NCBI GenBank assembly: GCA_039621445.1
Contig: CP154954.1
Span: 16,572,140 to 16,636,139, forward strand
DNA: 64,000 nt
Source: Euglena gracilis
Lineage: Eukaryota
Direction of reading: 5' to 3'
The position numbers and the translations under genes were made by a program. The notes below the pieces were generated by a model. That model was not told the DNA's origin and did not search any database. It saw only the letters and a list, made by a program, of their open reading frames with translations. This document shows, one piece after another, positions 40,625 through 53,523 of the stretch (position 1 is its first letter; every line of letters starts with the position of its first letter).

Positions 40625-41970
40625 CAGACATTCATTTAGTGTGGTTCACATAAGTCGTGTGAACCACAAATTTTTTTTGGTGTCCACAGGTGTACCACAA
40701 AAAAATTTTTGGTGTCCACAGGTGAACCACAAAATATTTTTTGGTGTCCACATGTGAACCACAAAAAAAATTTGGTGTCCACAAAAATTTTTGTTGCCCC
40801 AGAACTTGATTGAGGATGGAAAAAAAATTCAATTCTCATGTGTTGTGACAGTGCGAGTCCTGTATTGAATAGTTGGCATCGCAAGCACATTCCCTTTTTT
40901 TCAGCACCTGAAACCTTTGGATGCTGCCAAATTGATGGCAAACCGAACACCACATTCCAATCTTTGGATCATAATTCAACCAATCTCAGTTATTTTGACA
41001 TGCGGGTCGAAACTTATGCCCATATTCTTTTCGATATGGGAAAAGAGGTTTTGTTTTTCTTTGGAGAAGGTCAGCCTCCAGATCCCTAGGTGAAGTTCAC
41101 CGTTTGAAAATTCACCAGGGCCGGACCCCCTCCACCCCCCCCTCTGCCGAACCCAACGGTGAACTTCACGGCGAACCCACCAGTGAAGTTCATCACAAGA
41201 ATGGCCAAAAACTTAAGAATTCAACTTTCATTGAACTTTTGGGCTATTTTTTGCTTTTGGATGTCGCTACTGTCTCGCCGCCCTTCGGGCAGCAAAACAT
41301 GGGAGGTTAGGCAGTACGGGGGGGCGGCTGTGGACTTCACCAGTGAATGGAGGTTCGGCACGTCTGACGAGGACCCTCGGCAACCAGGGGGGGGGTCCCA
41401 TTTTGCCGTGCCGAGGGGGTCAGTCCCCCAGGGGGGGGGTCCACCGTGGCGGACAGCCGGAATTTCCCAAAGGATTCCATACCAAATTCATTGGTATGGT
41501 TCGGCATGCCGTGCCGAGGGGCTTGGCTGACCAGGGGGGTCCCCATTTTTCCATGCCGAGGGGGTCCGACCACCAGGGGGGGGGGGGTGGCTGCCGAACT
41601 TCCAATGTTCACCAGGGGGGGGGGGGGGTACTTTCGGCGGTGTAGTTCACCGGTGAAGTTCACCGATAAACTTCATTGTTTTTGATGGTGGGGGTGAATT
41701 TTTGATGGGTTAATTAATTGCTCCTTTTCCTCTCAAAATGGTGCGGACGCTGTTGGGCAAACATGTTCAAAGAAGATTGCTTCACCGCGGTTGAGGAGAA
41801 AGGTAACAATACAAATGTCAGGCGGTGGGAATTTTTCTGGTGTCCACATGTGAACCGTTTTTTGTGTCCACAGGTGAACCACAATTTTTGGTGTCCATAC
41901 GTGAACCACAATTTGGTCCACAATGAACCACAAAATGGCAACCTTGGTGTACCACACTAATGAATGTCTG
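40625..41970 (-). mobile_element. hAT deletion derivative present only in copy B, 8-bp TSD ggcaggaa, with transposase zinc-finger remnant and nested insert (~41089-41665)
   Basis: TIR cagacattcatttagtgtggt / accacactaatgaatgtctg; perfect TSD; empty site ~26585-26592; ggtgtccaca/gtgaaccaca subterminal repeats; minus-strand HKFRPA…DWLNYDPKIGMWCSVCHQF. Confidence 0.9.
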
Positions 41971-44321
41971 GGCAGGAACCCCACGCCAGTAATCCTAACC
42001 AGGCCACTGAAGCCTGGGTTGGCTGCGCAGGGCAGGTCCAGACCACAAATTTTTTGGTGTCCAATCCACTGTGAACCACAATTTTTGGTGTGACCACATG
42101 GCACCCAACTAAGGAACTACTGGTACCAGCAAACACTACCACGCCAGCCTAACCAGGACTGAACCCTGGGTTTGGCCGCGGGCAGGCCACAGACGTAGGG
42201 TGGAGATGCTACGGTTTGGGGGGGCAGGAGGGGTGGGTGGGTGTGCCGGGCAACCCGGTGGGGGCCAATGGAACACCAGAGTTGAGGAGGCGGAGGGGGG
42301 GGGTCCCTGGCCACCCACCCCTGGCCCGGCCCCCCCGGGGGGGGGGGGGTCCGGAGCCACTCAAAAATTGCGGGAAATTCCAAAAATAGCACCTTTTCAA
42401 AAACTCTCGGCGCCTTCGGACCAGGGACTAGGGACCCGGGGGGGGGGGGGGGGGGGGGGGCTCAGCCGGACCCACCCACCCTACCCCTCCCCGGGGGTCC
42501 ACGACAAAAAAAAACCCCTGACCTGGAGGAAGTTGGAAGTTCAGTGCCAAAATGTGCACATTTTCTGAGTGGTGCTGTAGCAAACCCGTCAGTGTGCCTA
42601 ATGTGGTGCCCAGGAGCCTGATTCTCACAAACCAAGGGGTGGGGAGCGGAGTTCTGGGTGCTATCCAGGGAGGCACCCCCCCCCCTCGGTTGCACCTTCT
42701 CCCCCTTGAACTTGACACGCCAAAATACGGGTGAAATGCGGCCAATAAGGCGCCAGTGTATGAATGCTTGCGTAATAAATTTGGCTGGAGGAACATCTAG
42801 TTGTCCAGATTTTCAGCAGTCATTTTTCTGCCTCACGTTAATGTCCTGACATTTTCAGTTCGAACGAAAACAATGGATAAAAAAAATTCGCCAAAACAGA
42901 AACCACCACTTCAGCACAGGGGAGAGAACAATGGGATAAAAAAAATTCCTGCAGACAGAAGCCACCACTTCAGCATGAGAGAGGGTGACAAACGAGTCAG
43001 TCGCTCAGAGATTTTAAAAAAAAATAATCACATCGGTCAGCCACCTCCCTCACATGAAAATAACCAGTTGGGAAAATACACTCTGGGGTGGGTCACCTCG
43101 CAGACAGCCTGAGGAAGCCTCAGCAAGCTGGAAAGCGTTGGGAGAGGATCTCACGCCATCCTTTCCTGCCCCTTGGTTCCATCTTTACCCAGCCTCCCCA
43201 CTCCGGAAACTGTCCCCAGACAAATCAGCAAGCATCGATGTAGGAGGCAGGTCAGCAAATACGGAGAGGGGGGGGTGGGGCTGGGTAACAGGGAAAAAAA
43301 GTCAAAAAAAAATTCGACCGCCGGCAGACAGAAAATCCGACAACACAATTTTTCGCAAGTTTGGGATACGCTTGAAAGCAATGTTCAGAGTTTTTTTCAA
43401 CTCAGGAATCTGCTTCTTCAAGAAAAAAATGAAAATTTTCAAACAATCGTTGGGAGACAAGGCGCGGGGAGAGAGGAGGACAGGTGCCCCCAATGAAGAC
43501 AGGTTGGCGAATATGGAGGGAAGAGGATAGGCTCCCTGGGGGGGGATTCCAACCTCAGGGTCTTTCAAAGGAACTATATTGAATTTTGACCTCGACATGT
43601 TGGCCAGTACCTGGGGACCTGGCAGTTTCGCTGGTGGGCTGCTGACAGGTTCTCGGTCATGACAGCTTACTGAGAGGGGGGTGACGGCCAATTCTTCGAC
43701 CCATTTCTGGAAACGTCTTTCTGCAACCAAGCTCCAAAACTTTGGAAATTCTGCATCATGCCCTTGCTCCAACTTTACACCTTCCAGCCAGAATGGGTTG
43801 GAAAAACCTCACGGACATTTTTTTCCAGCCTCTGCAAACCGCCACTAACCAGACCACCACCACCACCCCCATTTCCAAGTCAGGTCTGGTTGCAAGGAAG
43901 GAGAGCGCTCAAAAGGCATGTTAGGTTGCCCACCAATCGCACTCTGTTCTCTGGGAGAGAAAACATATAACAGGGCCATGACAGGCATCATATGCATGTG
44001 AATGAGCCGCGCGTCGGAGAGGGGTTGGACATTGCACAGCAGCTCTCCACTGGACCAGGCGTAAGCTACATCCCCACAGGGAAAAATTAGGGGGAAAGAT
44101 GGGAAATAATTCCAAGCTTCTTTTTACCAAACTCTGGGGGGAGGATGCCTAGCAGGCTTCTGTTTACCAACTCTGTTGAAGGGGGGGGGTTCGTCCTGTA
44201 ATAAAAAAAAGCGCTTACCTGTACCGGTGGGGGACGTCAGGACCACCTAGCCAATTTTATTGCAGAACTACTTAACCCAGGCGCTGTCGGAGCAGCAGTA
44301 TAATGTAGACACATCAAAATA

Positions 44322-44548
44322 CCTGACCTTGCTTGAGTTGGGATGGCGTCAACTTCTGCCTCAACACTGGTGTGTCGGCGTCTATTTTCTGTTGTTGTGT
44401 TGTGTATTGCCTCTTCACTGACGAATGACCCTTCCAAGATTTTTGAAGGAAGCTTGCACCTTCCCCCAGGGAGCTGGGAGCCATGGCAGGGGGTGGGCGA
44501 TTTTGACGGTGTCACGATTTGGACCTTACACTGGCATAGATTCTGTGT
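44322..44548 (-). CDS. Possible host exon (TQNLCQCKVQIVTPSKSP…EAEVDAIPTQARS); copy at ~28500-28700
   Basis: Pyrimidine tract plus caacag acceptor, open frame, cag|gtattt donor; no recognisable domain. Confidence 0.3.
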
Positions 44549-45253
44549 CTGTTGCAGGAGGATCAAAAGAGCTCATGCATAGTGTGTGGATGAAGAGCAA
44601 GAAAAAAACAACTTTCTGTTTGATTGGCCTCACAATTACGGGATGTGATCAGAACAGCGACGGGTTTCTTCTTCCGCTAAAAGTCGGGTTGAACAGACTG
44701 ACTATTCATTTGCAACTGAACCACTGCGGAAATGCTGCACGACTCACCTGGTGCCACGTCCAATTTTGACGGCAAACCATCCTTTGAAACCTGGCACGTA
44801 CTCCACCACTGTTCTGTCAACAGAAAATGCTCGAGCTTCTGTTGTTAAAATCATTCTTTGGGTTGTAATGAGCAGATTTTTTCCACGCATCCTGAGTAAT
44901 TGTCCCGTTATGCAAATTAAGCTGAGATGGTGCCAAGTCGAACGCTCTTATTCTGTTGTGCCGGCAAAAGTTCTCTGATGCGATAAAATCCATGTTCCTT
45001 TGCGCAATTGCACAAAAGAACATAGCACAAACATTCCAAGAGTTGCTGCTGCGGGATGCCTAGGTCCTGTACCGTACAGTGCGCCACCGCGACTGCCCTA
45101 CAGGTTGCCAACACAAAAAACATACCCCCCCTGACAGCACAAAAAAACATACCCCCCATCTGGTGAGTAAAGCTATAAGCAGCAATGCAGCCAATCAAGC
45201 GCTGGATTTGCCGCGAATGCAACCGTCATGCAAAAGGGCGGGGTATGGGAAGG

Positions 45254-46236
45254 TCAGTAGCGGGTGTGTCCACCGCGAGCCGCAATGACAGCCGGCATGC
45301 AGTTAGGCATGCTGTCATAAAATGCTTTGACCTGTTCGGGGGAGATTTCTGCGAAGGCAGCTTGCAAAGCCAACCACACTGGTCTTTGCCCGCAAACGCA
45401 TGCCCACGCAACTTGTGCAGCACCATGGGCCACAAATGTTCAATGGGGTTAAGGTCTGGCGACTGTGGTGGCCAAACCCCTCTGTTGAAGCGCAGCACTC
45501 GCTTCCACCTCATCCACGCTGTGGTACCCCGCGCACGGTGGGGAGAAGCCCCGTCCTGCTGGAAGCGGTAGCCCGCAGTCCTGCACAATGGATTGTGAAC
45601 ATGTCGAATATTGGCGTGCAAACACCAGGCGTTTCCGCTTGTTCACCGAGGACAGTAATGGCTTCCTTGCTGCGGTTTGGCAGCACAAGCCCGCCTTCCG
45701 TAGGATTGTACGGATGAATTCTGGAGATGGTTTTGGCGGTATCTGAAATTCACACAAAAAAAGCATGTGCATAACGATTGACAAACACGCCTTAACCACT
45801 GCCCCTGCTGGGCGGGCTAACAATGCGGTGCTAACTCGGAGGAAATGCTCGTCGGCGATTTGTTTGCAACTCCAAAAAGGGTTTTTCATTGCCATTTTTA
45901 ATACACCTCTTCGAAACCTGTGGGAATTTCGGAAGGGAATATAATTTATAGCAAACGTCGCACACCGTGCTGAATATTTCTTTGCCTTTTGCTGATTGGA
46001 TCCCGATCCAACTTTGCGATCAAGCGTGCAACGTTCTTTGAATCTGGATGCCATACCCGGGATAAGTGGCTGGTGTGAATTGTGTACAAGCTGGGTATAT
46101 ACCTTGCACTGTAGCTTTGGAGATTTTCTCGTGATTTTGCAATCTTATTGAGCGACCAGGGTGGAACAAAAGAGAGATACGTCTCCACGCGCTTGCGCAA
46201 AGCCGCTCTGTCGGCAGTGCTCAGTTTTGGGGGCAT
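45254..46236 (-). pseudogene. Tc1-like transposase pseudogene (D-37aa-E spacing) with three short introns and an internal deletion
   Basis: HTH SLNKIAK…ISKATVQGMASRFKE…RKVGSG; AARKPLLSSVNKRKRLVFARQY; FQQDGASPH…WPPQSPDLNPIEHLW; DSMP…AVIAARGGHTRY*; region of the first catalytic D missing; frameshifts. Confidence 0.9.
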
Positions 46237-46438
46237 GAGAGCAACTGGGGACAAAATGGAAAGGGGAATTTGCTTTTTGGCGGGTACGTTTTTTGTGTTG
46301 GCAACCTGTATGGCGCAACAGCCCATCGTGGCCCCTGAGGACGTCCAATGCAGATGAAGGAGTCATTCAGCAGACACCTGAGTCCCGGCGGCATCCACCT
46401 GACTGAACCCGACTGAAATCAGTCGTCACGAGGAGCGA

Positions 46439-46813
46439 GTGGACGGGTGTCGGGTGGAACTGCGGCAGCAGAGGGCGGGGAAAGTCTGTGTGCTGTGGTA
46501 CGACAACTTCAGGAAGCACCAGATGCGCTCCACCCCTTATGAACCTGTCCGCACCCAGGACTGCCCCGCCATAGCCATCGTGGCCATCGTGCAGACGACC
46601 CTGGTGGCCATCCCGGAGTACCAAAAGTGCCCTTCCGTGGAGAGGGTGCTGTGCTGCGTCCCGCTGGTGGCCAGGCGCCCAGTGCAATCAGTCCTGGCGG
46701 ACTTCGTGCAGCATCACCAACATCGCTGTGTCCCCGCTGGATGGCAAAGCGTGGACGTTCCCAATCAGTACACTCATGACTTTGTTTCTTCTTTCTCATG
46801 CCATATGCCATGA
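46439..46813 (+). pseudogene. Divergently oriented coding-like fragment beside the Tc1 gene (…VCVLWYDNFRKH…)
   Basis: GC3-rich open frame with globular-looking sequence, head-to-head with the transposase; identity unknown. Confidence 0.4.
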
Positions 46814-48147
46814 AAAACAATAATTTTCAGTGGATTGCTAGCAGAATTGCGATGTGCAAGCTTTGTGGTATCAACTGGTTCGGGCAATTGTCTTTACAAG
46901 TCTTCACAGGCACCGTTTGTGCAATTGTGATTCTAAGGTTGCAATAAATGTTTTGGTTAGGGTTAGACAGTTCGAGTAAGCGATGGCTCGACAACAAAAT
47001 CTGAATCCTGCCTTTTTGGGGGGGTTGCCTCCGCGGAGCCCCCGTGGAGGCTCCGTGGAGGATCTGGGTAACCAGTCTCCACAGAGGCTCCGCAAAGGCT
47101 CCAAACAACCAGCCTCCACAGCGGCTCCTCAGAGGCTCCGCGGAGGCTCAGGTGACCAATTTGCCAGAGCATGGCAAGACACATGGAAATGAACGGGAAA
47201 ATCTCAAAAAAAATGGAACGCAAAAAGACATTTGAGCCTCACCGTGCACAGAGTAGTGATGCCATTTTTGTTCTGGGGGGGCATCCCCTCCCCCAGACGA
47301 GGCCGGTGTCAAAAAATGACGCCAAAAAAGGTGCCCACAAAAAGTGACTTGTATGCCAAAAACTTGGCATTCAATGAGTCCAAGTGTGGGGTGACAGGGG
47401 GGGGGTGGCAAGGAAGGGGTGTGTGTGGGGTGGCAGCAGGGGGGGGGTGAGGTGTGGGGGGTGTGGAGGGGGGGGGGGTACTGTGGGTGCACCACTTCAC
47501 GCCATCTCTCACTTTGAGTTCGAGCCAAAAACAAAATAACAACAAACCCGCCCCCAAAAAGGCCGAGGGATGATGCCCCAGGGCCCATTACAAGCCGAAA
47601 AAGATTGCACACACACGCACACGAACATTACTCCCGTTTGATAAATCTTTTCTGTGGAATTTTCGATACTGCGGGCAAAAATCACAAACGTTCGATCGAG
47701 GGGGAGGTGTGGGAGGTCGATGCTGCTGGTTTCTTTCAGGTTCGGTCACACAAAAGAGCGACCCTGAAAAAGCATTGGCGGGCTCGGGGCCCATTTTCCC
47801 TTTGAAACAGCCAACCTTTGCCATCGCTCCCCAACCATTTACCAAGCTCAAAAACGATGCCTTGGGTCGTTAACACTCGGGGAACAGGCAAAAAGGCCGA
47901 GAAATGATGCCCCAGGGCCCATTATAAGCCGACAAAAAAATTGCACACGCACTCACACCGCACATTACTCCTATTTGACAAACCTTTTCTGTGGAACTTC
48001 CCCCTGAGTGCCCCCCCCCGGGTCCAATCTTCAAGAAATCCCGGATTTAACAAGGAATCTGATTTTCCAAACCGCCCTTTCAGCTGTCCAGATTCGACTT
48101 GCCTGCTGCTTTATGAATCAGGGCAATGACGATTATGCCATGGATTA

Positions 48148-48405
48148 CCCCCCCCCCTAGTCGTATGACCGGGTTCCTGCAACCTGTGACCGGGGGGGGT
48201 GGTCGTAACACCCCCATAACCTGCAACCTGTGACCGGGGGGTGGTCGTAAATGAGGGGGCGGTCATAGGTAAGGTGGTGTTAAATTTTTCGCAACCTGCA
48301 ACCTGTGACCGGGGGGGGTGGTCATAACACCCCCATGACCTGCAACCTGTGACCAGGGGGTGGTCGTAAATGAGGGGTGGTCGTACGACTAGGGGGGGGG
48401 GGGGG
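48148..48405. mobile_element. TA-TSD MITE present only in copy B
   Basis: TIR C-run-tagtcgta(t/c)gacc; TA on both sides; empty site atta|gatagg at ~30001-30010; four internal cctgcaacctgtgacc repeats. Confidence 0.9.
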
Positions 48406-50789
48406 TAGATAGGATTAAATGTGGCATCGACCGACAATCCTGAACGTAACCCAAACACTAGCTCAAACCAAACCCCAACCTGAACCCTTAAACCAGGGCC
48501 CCACCTGCTGGGGAGGTCCTGGCGTGGTCAATTGCCCTTTTTCTGCAGTGGAAAGCAGTCCCCTTCCATTCACTTGCAAATTTTCTTCTGTTTAGCACAC
48601 TTTTGCACGCTTTTTTCCCTGAAGACGTCCAAAAGACAGATACAGACACTCAGACACACATATTGACAAACAAACAAACATCCAGGCAGAAATGGGAAAA
48701 TCCGTGATATTTTTTGCGGAGAGAAACTGGTCAAAACAGCATTCATTCATTCATTTCATAAAAACTGCAAAAAAAATCAGCTAATTGAGGTTTTGCAACT
48801 ACAAAAAATATTCAGAGACCCCTCACAGAGGTGGGGAGCTTCATAGATCAGGGCTACAATGGGGAGTTGGCGCCCTCACCATAACTAAAATGTATTGCAC
48901 GTGTCGAGAGCTGCCCTAGATTCACCCAATATAAAGATTGTGGGTGCGACATGGCTCAGCGGAAGGGTAACACTCCATGGTAGCAACCATCCTGTAGCAG
49001 CGGTTGCCGACTCCTGCTGGCAATCAGGGATGGGACAATCCAAAAGCAAGAGCTGAAACAACCCTGAAACAAACGAGGAGAGTGGGGCAACCTGTGAATG
49101 TCCAATGCTCTCAGGCAATTGGGCTCCTTAGGTAACTCCCAATTTTTTTCTTGTATATCCTTGTATAAAATCCTTGTGTACAGATGAAAAATCTTAACAT
49201 ATTCAATAAATCTACAGCGTGCCCGGTAAATTATCAATTTTCGGGAAACTGTCACCTGTCAAATCAGTGAGTACAGAGGGAGGTGACAGGTCCCCATAAA
49301 GACAGGTCAAGGGTGCAGTGCTAGTCCGGGTAGCCAACACAAAAATTCGAAAATGTGGTTTTTCCACACATTTGCGATCAGCAGCCACAGAAATGCAAGC
49401 ATTTTTTTTTGACTCAGGAAGTGTGATTTTTCAACAAGAATGTGAAAAATCTCAAAAAATATAGGTACAGGTCTGCCCGCCCCATCCCATAACCCCCCCC
49501 ACTTATACCCCCCCCATTGGGCCCAACTACCAAACCATGACTTATAACCACCCCCAGAGGGAAAAATGAAGCAGCAACAGGCCGCCGGTCTTGAAAGCCC
49601 AAAATGATTGTTTGGGGAAAATTTTTTGATTTTTCCCCAAAAAATGGCCGAAAACGGCAGAATTGGAAGCCTGCCATGCTGTTTTGTGCCATAAATCAGC
49701 CACATCTCGGGGTTTGGCGGGAAGATATCGGGAAATCAAAAAACCATTAGATAGGGCATTCCACGGGCTTCAATTTAGGTCTCTGGACATTTCCTCTGAT
49801 TTCGCTTCATTTCCGAGATATTTTGGAAACATCGATTTTTTGGCCCCGAAAAAAGCCCAAAATGGCCCAGAAATGGGCCGAAATTGGCTGAAAAAATTGC
49901 CGTAACTCTATGGCTACACGAAGAGTTGGAAAAAAAAAAAAAAAAACACGGTTGGATAGGGCATTCCAAGGGCTTCATTTTTACTCTGCGGACATTTTCT
50001 TTGATTTTGCTTCATCGTCGAGATAATTTGGAAATATCGATTTTTGACCCAAAAAAAACTGCCCAAAAAAAAACACCACCCAAAATGGCCATTTTGGGCC
50101 GCAAAGCGTGCCGGAACACGGGCCAGGCGTGTCGGCGGCCAAAACGGTGAAGGGGGGGGCGATGGAGGGCCTCCAGGGAACATTTCGTCAGACCGCATTT
50201 CCGTAAATAATGTACGCTTCCTCGAGATATTTTCGAAAAATCGAATTTTTGACCGACGGGTGACCCATTTTTGGACCCTGGCGAAATGGCAGAGTCGGAA
50301 GGGGGGGCAGGGCGGGCCAATCCTACCCAGTTTGGACCCCTTCGCGGCTGAATAACTTGGGCCTGGCGGGGAGTTGGGGGTCAAACGGAGGTGATTTGGA
50401 AACTAGAAATCCAGTCGCGACTGAAAAAAAAATTCCGGGAACGGAGCTGGGATCATGGTGATAATCCGCCGGTTCCTGAGGTGGCCCCAACCCGGGGGGG
50501 GGAGGGTGGGGGCGGTTCGAACCCCCCCTCATTTCCCCAGGGGTAAGCTTCGCTCTTACCCATAAAGGGATAAGAGCTCAGCGACTCCCCCCTATCACCT
50601 TCCTCATGTCTGCAGAGCTTCCCATACAACCCTGGGGCCGGGCTGGGCCGCCCTGGCTGCCACAAGCCTCAAACGTCTGCTGCAGCATGGCACCATCAGA
50701 CACATGAAGAGCTCAGCACAAAACCTGGTTTACAAGGTAGGTGGCAGGTTCCTTTGAAGGCGGTTCAGGGTTGGCACAGGGGACGTTTT

Positions 50790-51125
50790 CCTGGTATGTG
50801 CGATGATGGCCGCGCACATTCTACAGAACCAGCCCAAATCCCATCTCAGAGTTGCGCCTGGTGGATTGGTGCTGTGTCGGGCAATTGTGACTGCTTAATC
50901 CAGGTTGCACCGCTGCGGGATTGCAGAAATATGGTTTGGCATCGAGTGATACAGATACAGATGCAGAGACATAAAAATTGCCGAAATGGATCGCGTTTGG
51001 GCGTATTTTATTGGCCTTCTCACAAGTGAAATCTTGGTGAAATTGGTGACCCCATCCACTGCGAACACTCCACTTGAAAGAAAAAAAACAGGCCCTGATT
51101 TTAACCCCATTGAGCACGCGCACCA
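50790..51125 (+). pseudogene. Second Tc1/IS630-like transposase remnant
   Basis: CDDGRAH… and VFYWPSH|SPDFNPIEHA joined across an apparent ~65-nt intron ending in acag. Confidence 0.5.
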
Positions 51126-52721
51126 GTTGCAGGTCGGATGTTGTGCAGTCAGAGTGTTTTCTAACCGCGAGCAAGAATTGGCAGGTTGATGTGCTTGTAG
51201 GGACTTGATGGGTTTCTTTCGAGGGAGCTGGGGGTAAACCCTGAGGTTTGGCATGACCTCACTTTGAGGTGGTGCTACTCAGTTCTAAGCAGTCGCAAAT
51301 GCCTGTCCAAGTGCTCCACCGGTACTCGCAACTCTGAGGTTCTTCAGCATGGTTCTGTGGAGTGTGGGGTGCCATTCTTTTTTCCCATTTCTTTTTTCAG
51401 GGGATGAAAATTCTTTGTGGACGTGGGTATGAGAATTTATGGGCACGCTGGAGATGACCACACAGCTTGTCTTCCACATTTTTTTAAAAATTTTCTATCC
51501 CCTTTTTTCAGAGCGTTCTGGTCTCCGAATATGATTGCGACTTTGGCCGACACCACCCATCCTTTTTAAGGCCATTTTTTTGCTCATCCTATCTTTTCTT
51601 CAACCCCAAATTCCCACCTCTGGTATGAATTTTTGCGAAAATGCACCCCACTCCCAAGCACAGTAAGCCACGATAGATGCTTAAGATGATGTGGGACTTT
51701 TTTTGCAAGTGACCAGAGCTTTGAGGTCAAAAGGCTGGGTGTCCACCAACCTGGTGCACCAGGAGGCTTTCGGACGCAAAAACACGATTCCAAATAATTG
51801 GTCAAAATGCTGATAATTGTGGGACCCCCCCCTCAAGGACCAGTGAAAAATACACTCGATAGTCTAAACTCAGCACTTAACAGGTAACCTCCCCCTCTTG
51901 TCCAAGACAAGCCAAGTGTTCAAGGAAAGTGCCCTTGACAGGGGGGGGGGGTCTCAACAACCGCTGTTTCAACGGCACGATACCATGATAATGTTTTTCT
52001 CACTGCGGTTTGATCACCCAACAACCATGGCCTCCACAAGAGGAAGATGATTGCGCAGGTTGTTGGTCCTTGGACTCAATCACGAGGTCGCTTGGACCAC
52101 GTATTGAGGGCCATCGCAAGGGTCCCTGGGTGGTTAGGAAACGAGGAAGAGCCATTGGCACTTAATTCTGGCGGGGATACAAAAAAAGGCAGTTTCCTTG
52201 ACATGAGGCGGTGCTGTGGTCCTCAATGTGTAACAGGGATGTGCAGTTCTGGCAGACAAAACCCAATTCATTGGGTGACAAAAATCCTATGAATCAGTAA
52301 ATTAAAGGAACACAGATTGAAATGGTGATTTAGGAAATGAATCCATTCCTTCTTTTAACAATGCCTCCATTACTCTGCAAGTAGTTTGAAAACCCTCCGG
52401 TATATGGCCCAAGGACCTTCAAAAGAGTACGGATTGTGCACCGTATGGTAGGCTGGCTTACTTCCGGGTGACACAGGGGGAGGCAGGCTGGGACCCATCT
52501 GAGGGGGATCAGGGGCAGGCAGACCCTCACTGCAACATCAATTCCCCATCTTTCAGAGCATCTGCCTGGCCGCCACGTACGTGATGCAACAGGGGTGCGT
52601 GGGAGAGGACCACGTCAGTTGCAGCTACACCAATGCTGTGCTCTGCCCGAGATCCAATCCCATCCATACAGTTGCCTAGCAAATTGGTGCTTACGCCCAG
52701 TCATGCCACAGGTGTTTGGTG

Positions 52722-53027
52722 CATGCTTGTGCTTACCGACCAGGGGGGGAGGGTGGGTGGGTGCTATAGAGTGCCTGCCCCTAGCAGGCACACCCCCCAG
52801 GGGGGGGTAGGGGTCCGGGGGGCCCAGAAAATCTTCATTGAAAATGGCCTTTCCCAGGCCCCCAGCGCCTTCGGCGCCGGGGTCAGAGGGGGGTTGCCTG
52901 CTATGGGCAGGCACCCCCCAAAACCCTACCCCTCCCTGGGGGGGGGGTCGGATCGGGTGCCATGGGGTGCCTGCCCCTAGCACCCCCCCCCCCCCGTGGG
53001 GTAGGCACCCGACTAAGCACAAGCCTG
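52722..53027. mobile_element. Old MITE with CA…TG termini
   Basis: TIR catgcttgtgcttaccg / cgactaagcacaagcctg; TSD not recognisable. Confidence 0.55.
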
Positions 53028-53273
53028 GGCAGGTACAAAGGGTAAACCACCAGATTTGGGACAAAAATCCAAAGGCCATGCCCCCAAAAAGAAACCAGAC
53101 AAAGAGGCCAAGAGAAGGGATGAGGGTTCAAAAAAAGGCAGTCAGGAGGGGAGGCAGGAATAAGCAACCTTGCATGTCCCCATGTCCGACCACATGAAGC
53201 AGGGATCGGCGGGCGAGTGGAGCCGATGGGAACACAGCGCAGTCAGCCTGGGTGCCCTCGGAGGGGGCCCATT

Positions 53274-53523
53274 CAGCGAATTTCTTGAGAACCCCCTCTG
53301 GCGGGGTCCAAACGGCTGGCTGGAAAAAAATGCTGGCTGGACCCCCTCATTACTTTGTTCTACTTTATTACCACTCCCCCCCCCCCCCGGGGGAGGGGGG
53401 TCGAGTGGTAACCGGCTGGCTGAGGGGTAGCTGGCTGGCTGGCTGGCTGGCTGGCTGACCGGCCAGCTAAACCGGACGCCCCCCCCCCCGGATAGGGTGG
53501 GGTCCAGCTTAAGAAATTCCCTG
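53274..53523. mobile_element. hAT-type MITE, 8-bp TSD (g/c)gcccatt, splitting an exon-like segment
   Basis: TIR cagcgaatttcttgag / cttaagaaattccctg; paralogous segment 1-118 has no insert. Confidence 0.75.

Larger units (their letters stand above)
36609..49476 (+). repeat. Segmental duplication, copy B (longer because of extra inserts)
   Basis: Collinear with 21740-31095. Confidence 0.95.

Noticed and set aside
40630-40790. Regularly spaced short repeats resembling a CRISPR array
   Set aside because: No unique spacers; they are subterminal repeats of a hAT element in a eukaryotic context.
42040-42277. Apparent tandem copy of 41880-42040
   Set aside because: Dense small indels suggest unpolished long-read consensus rather than biology.
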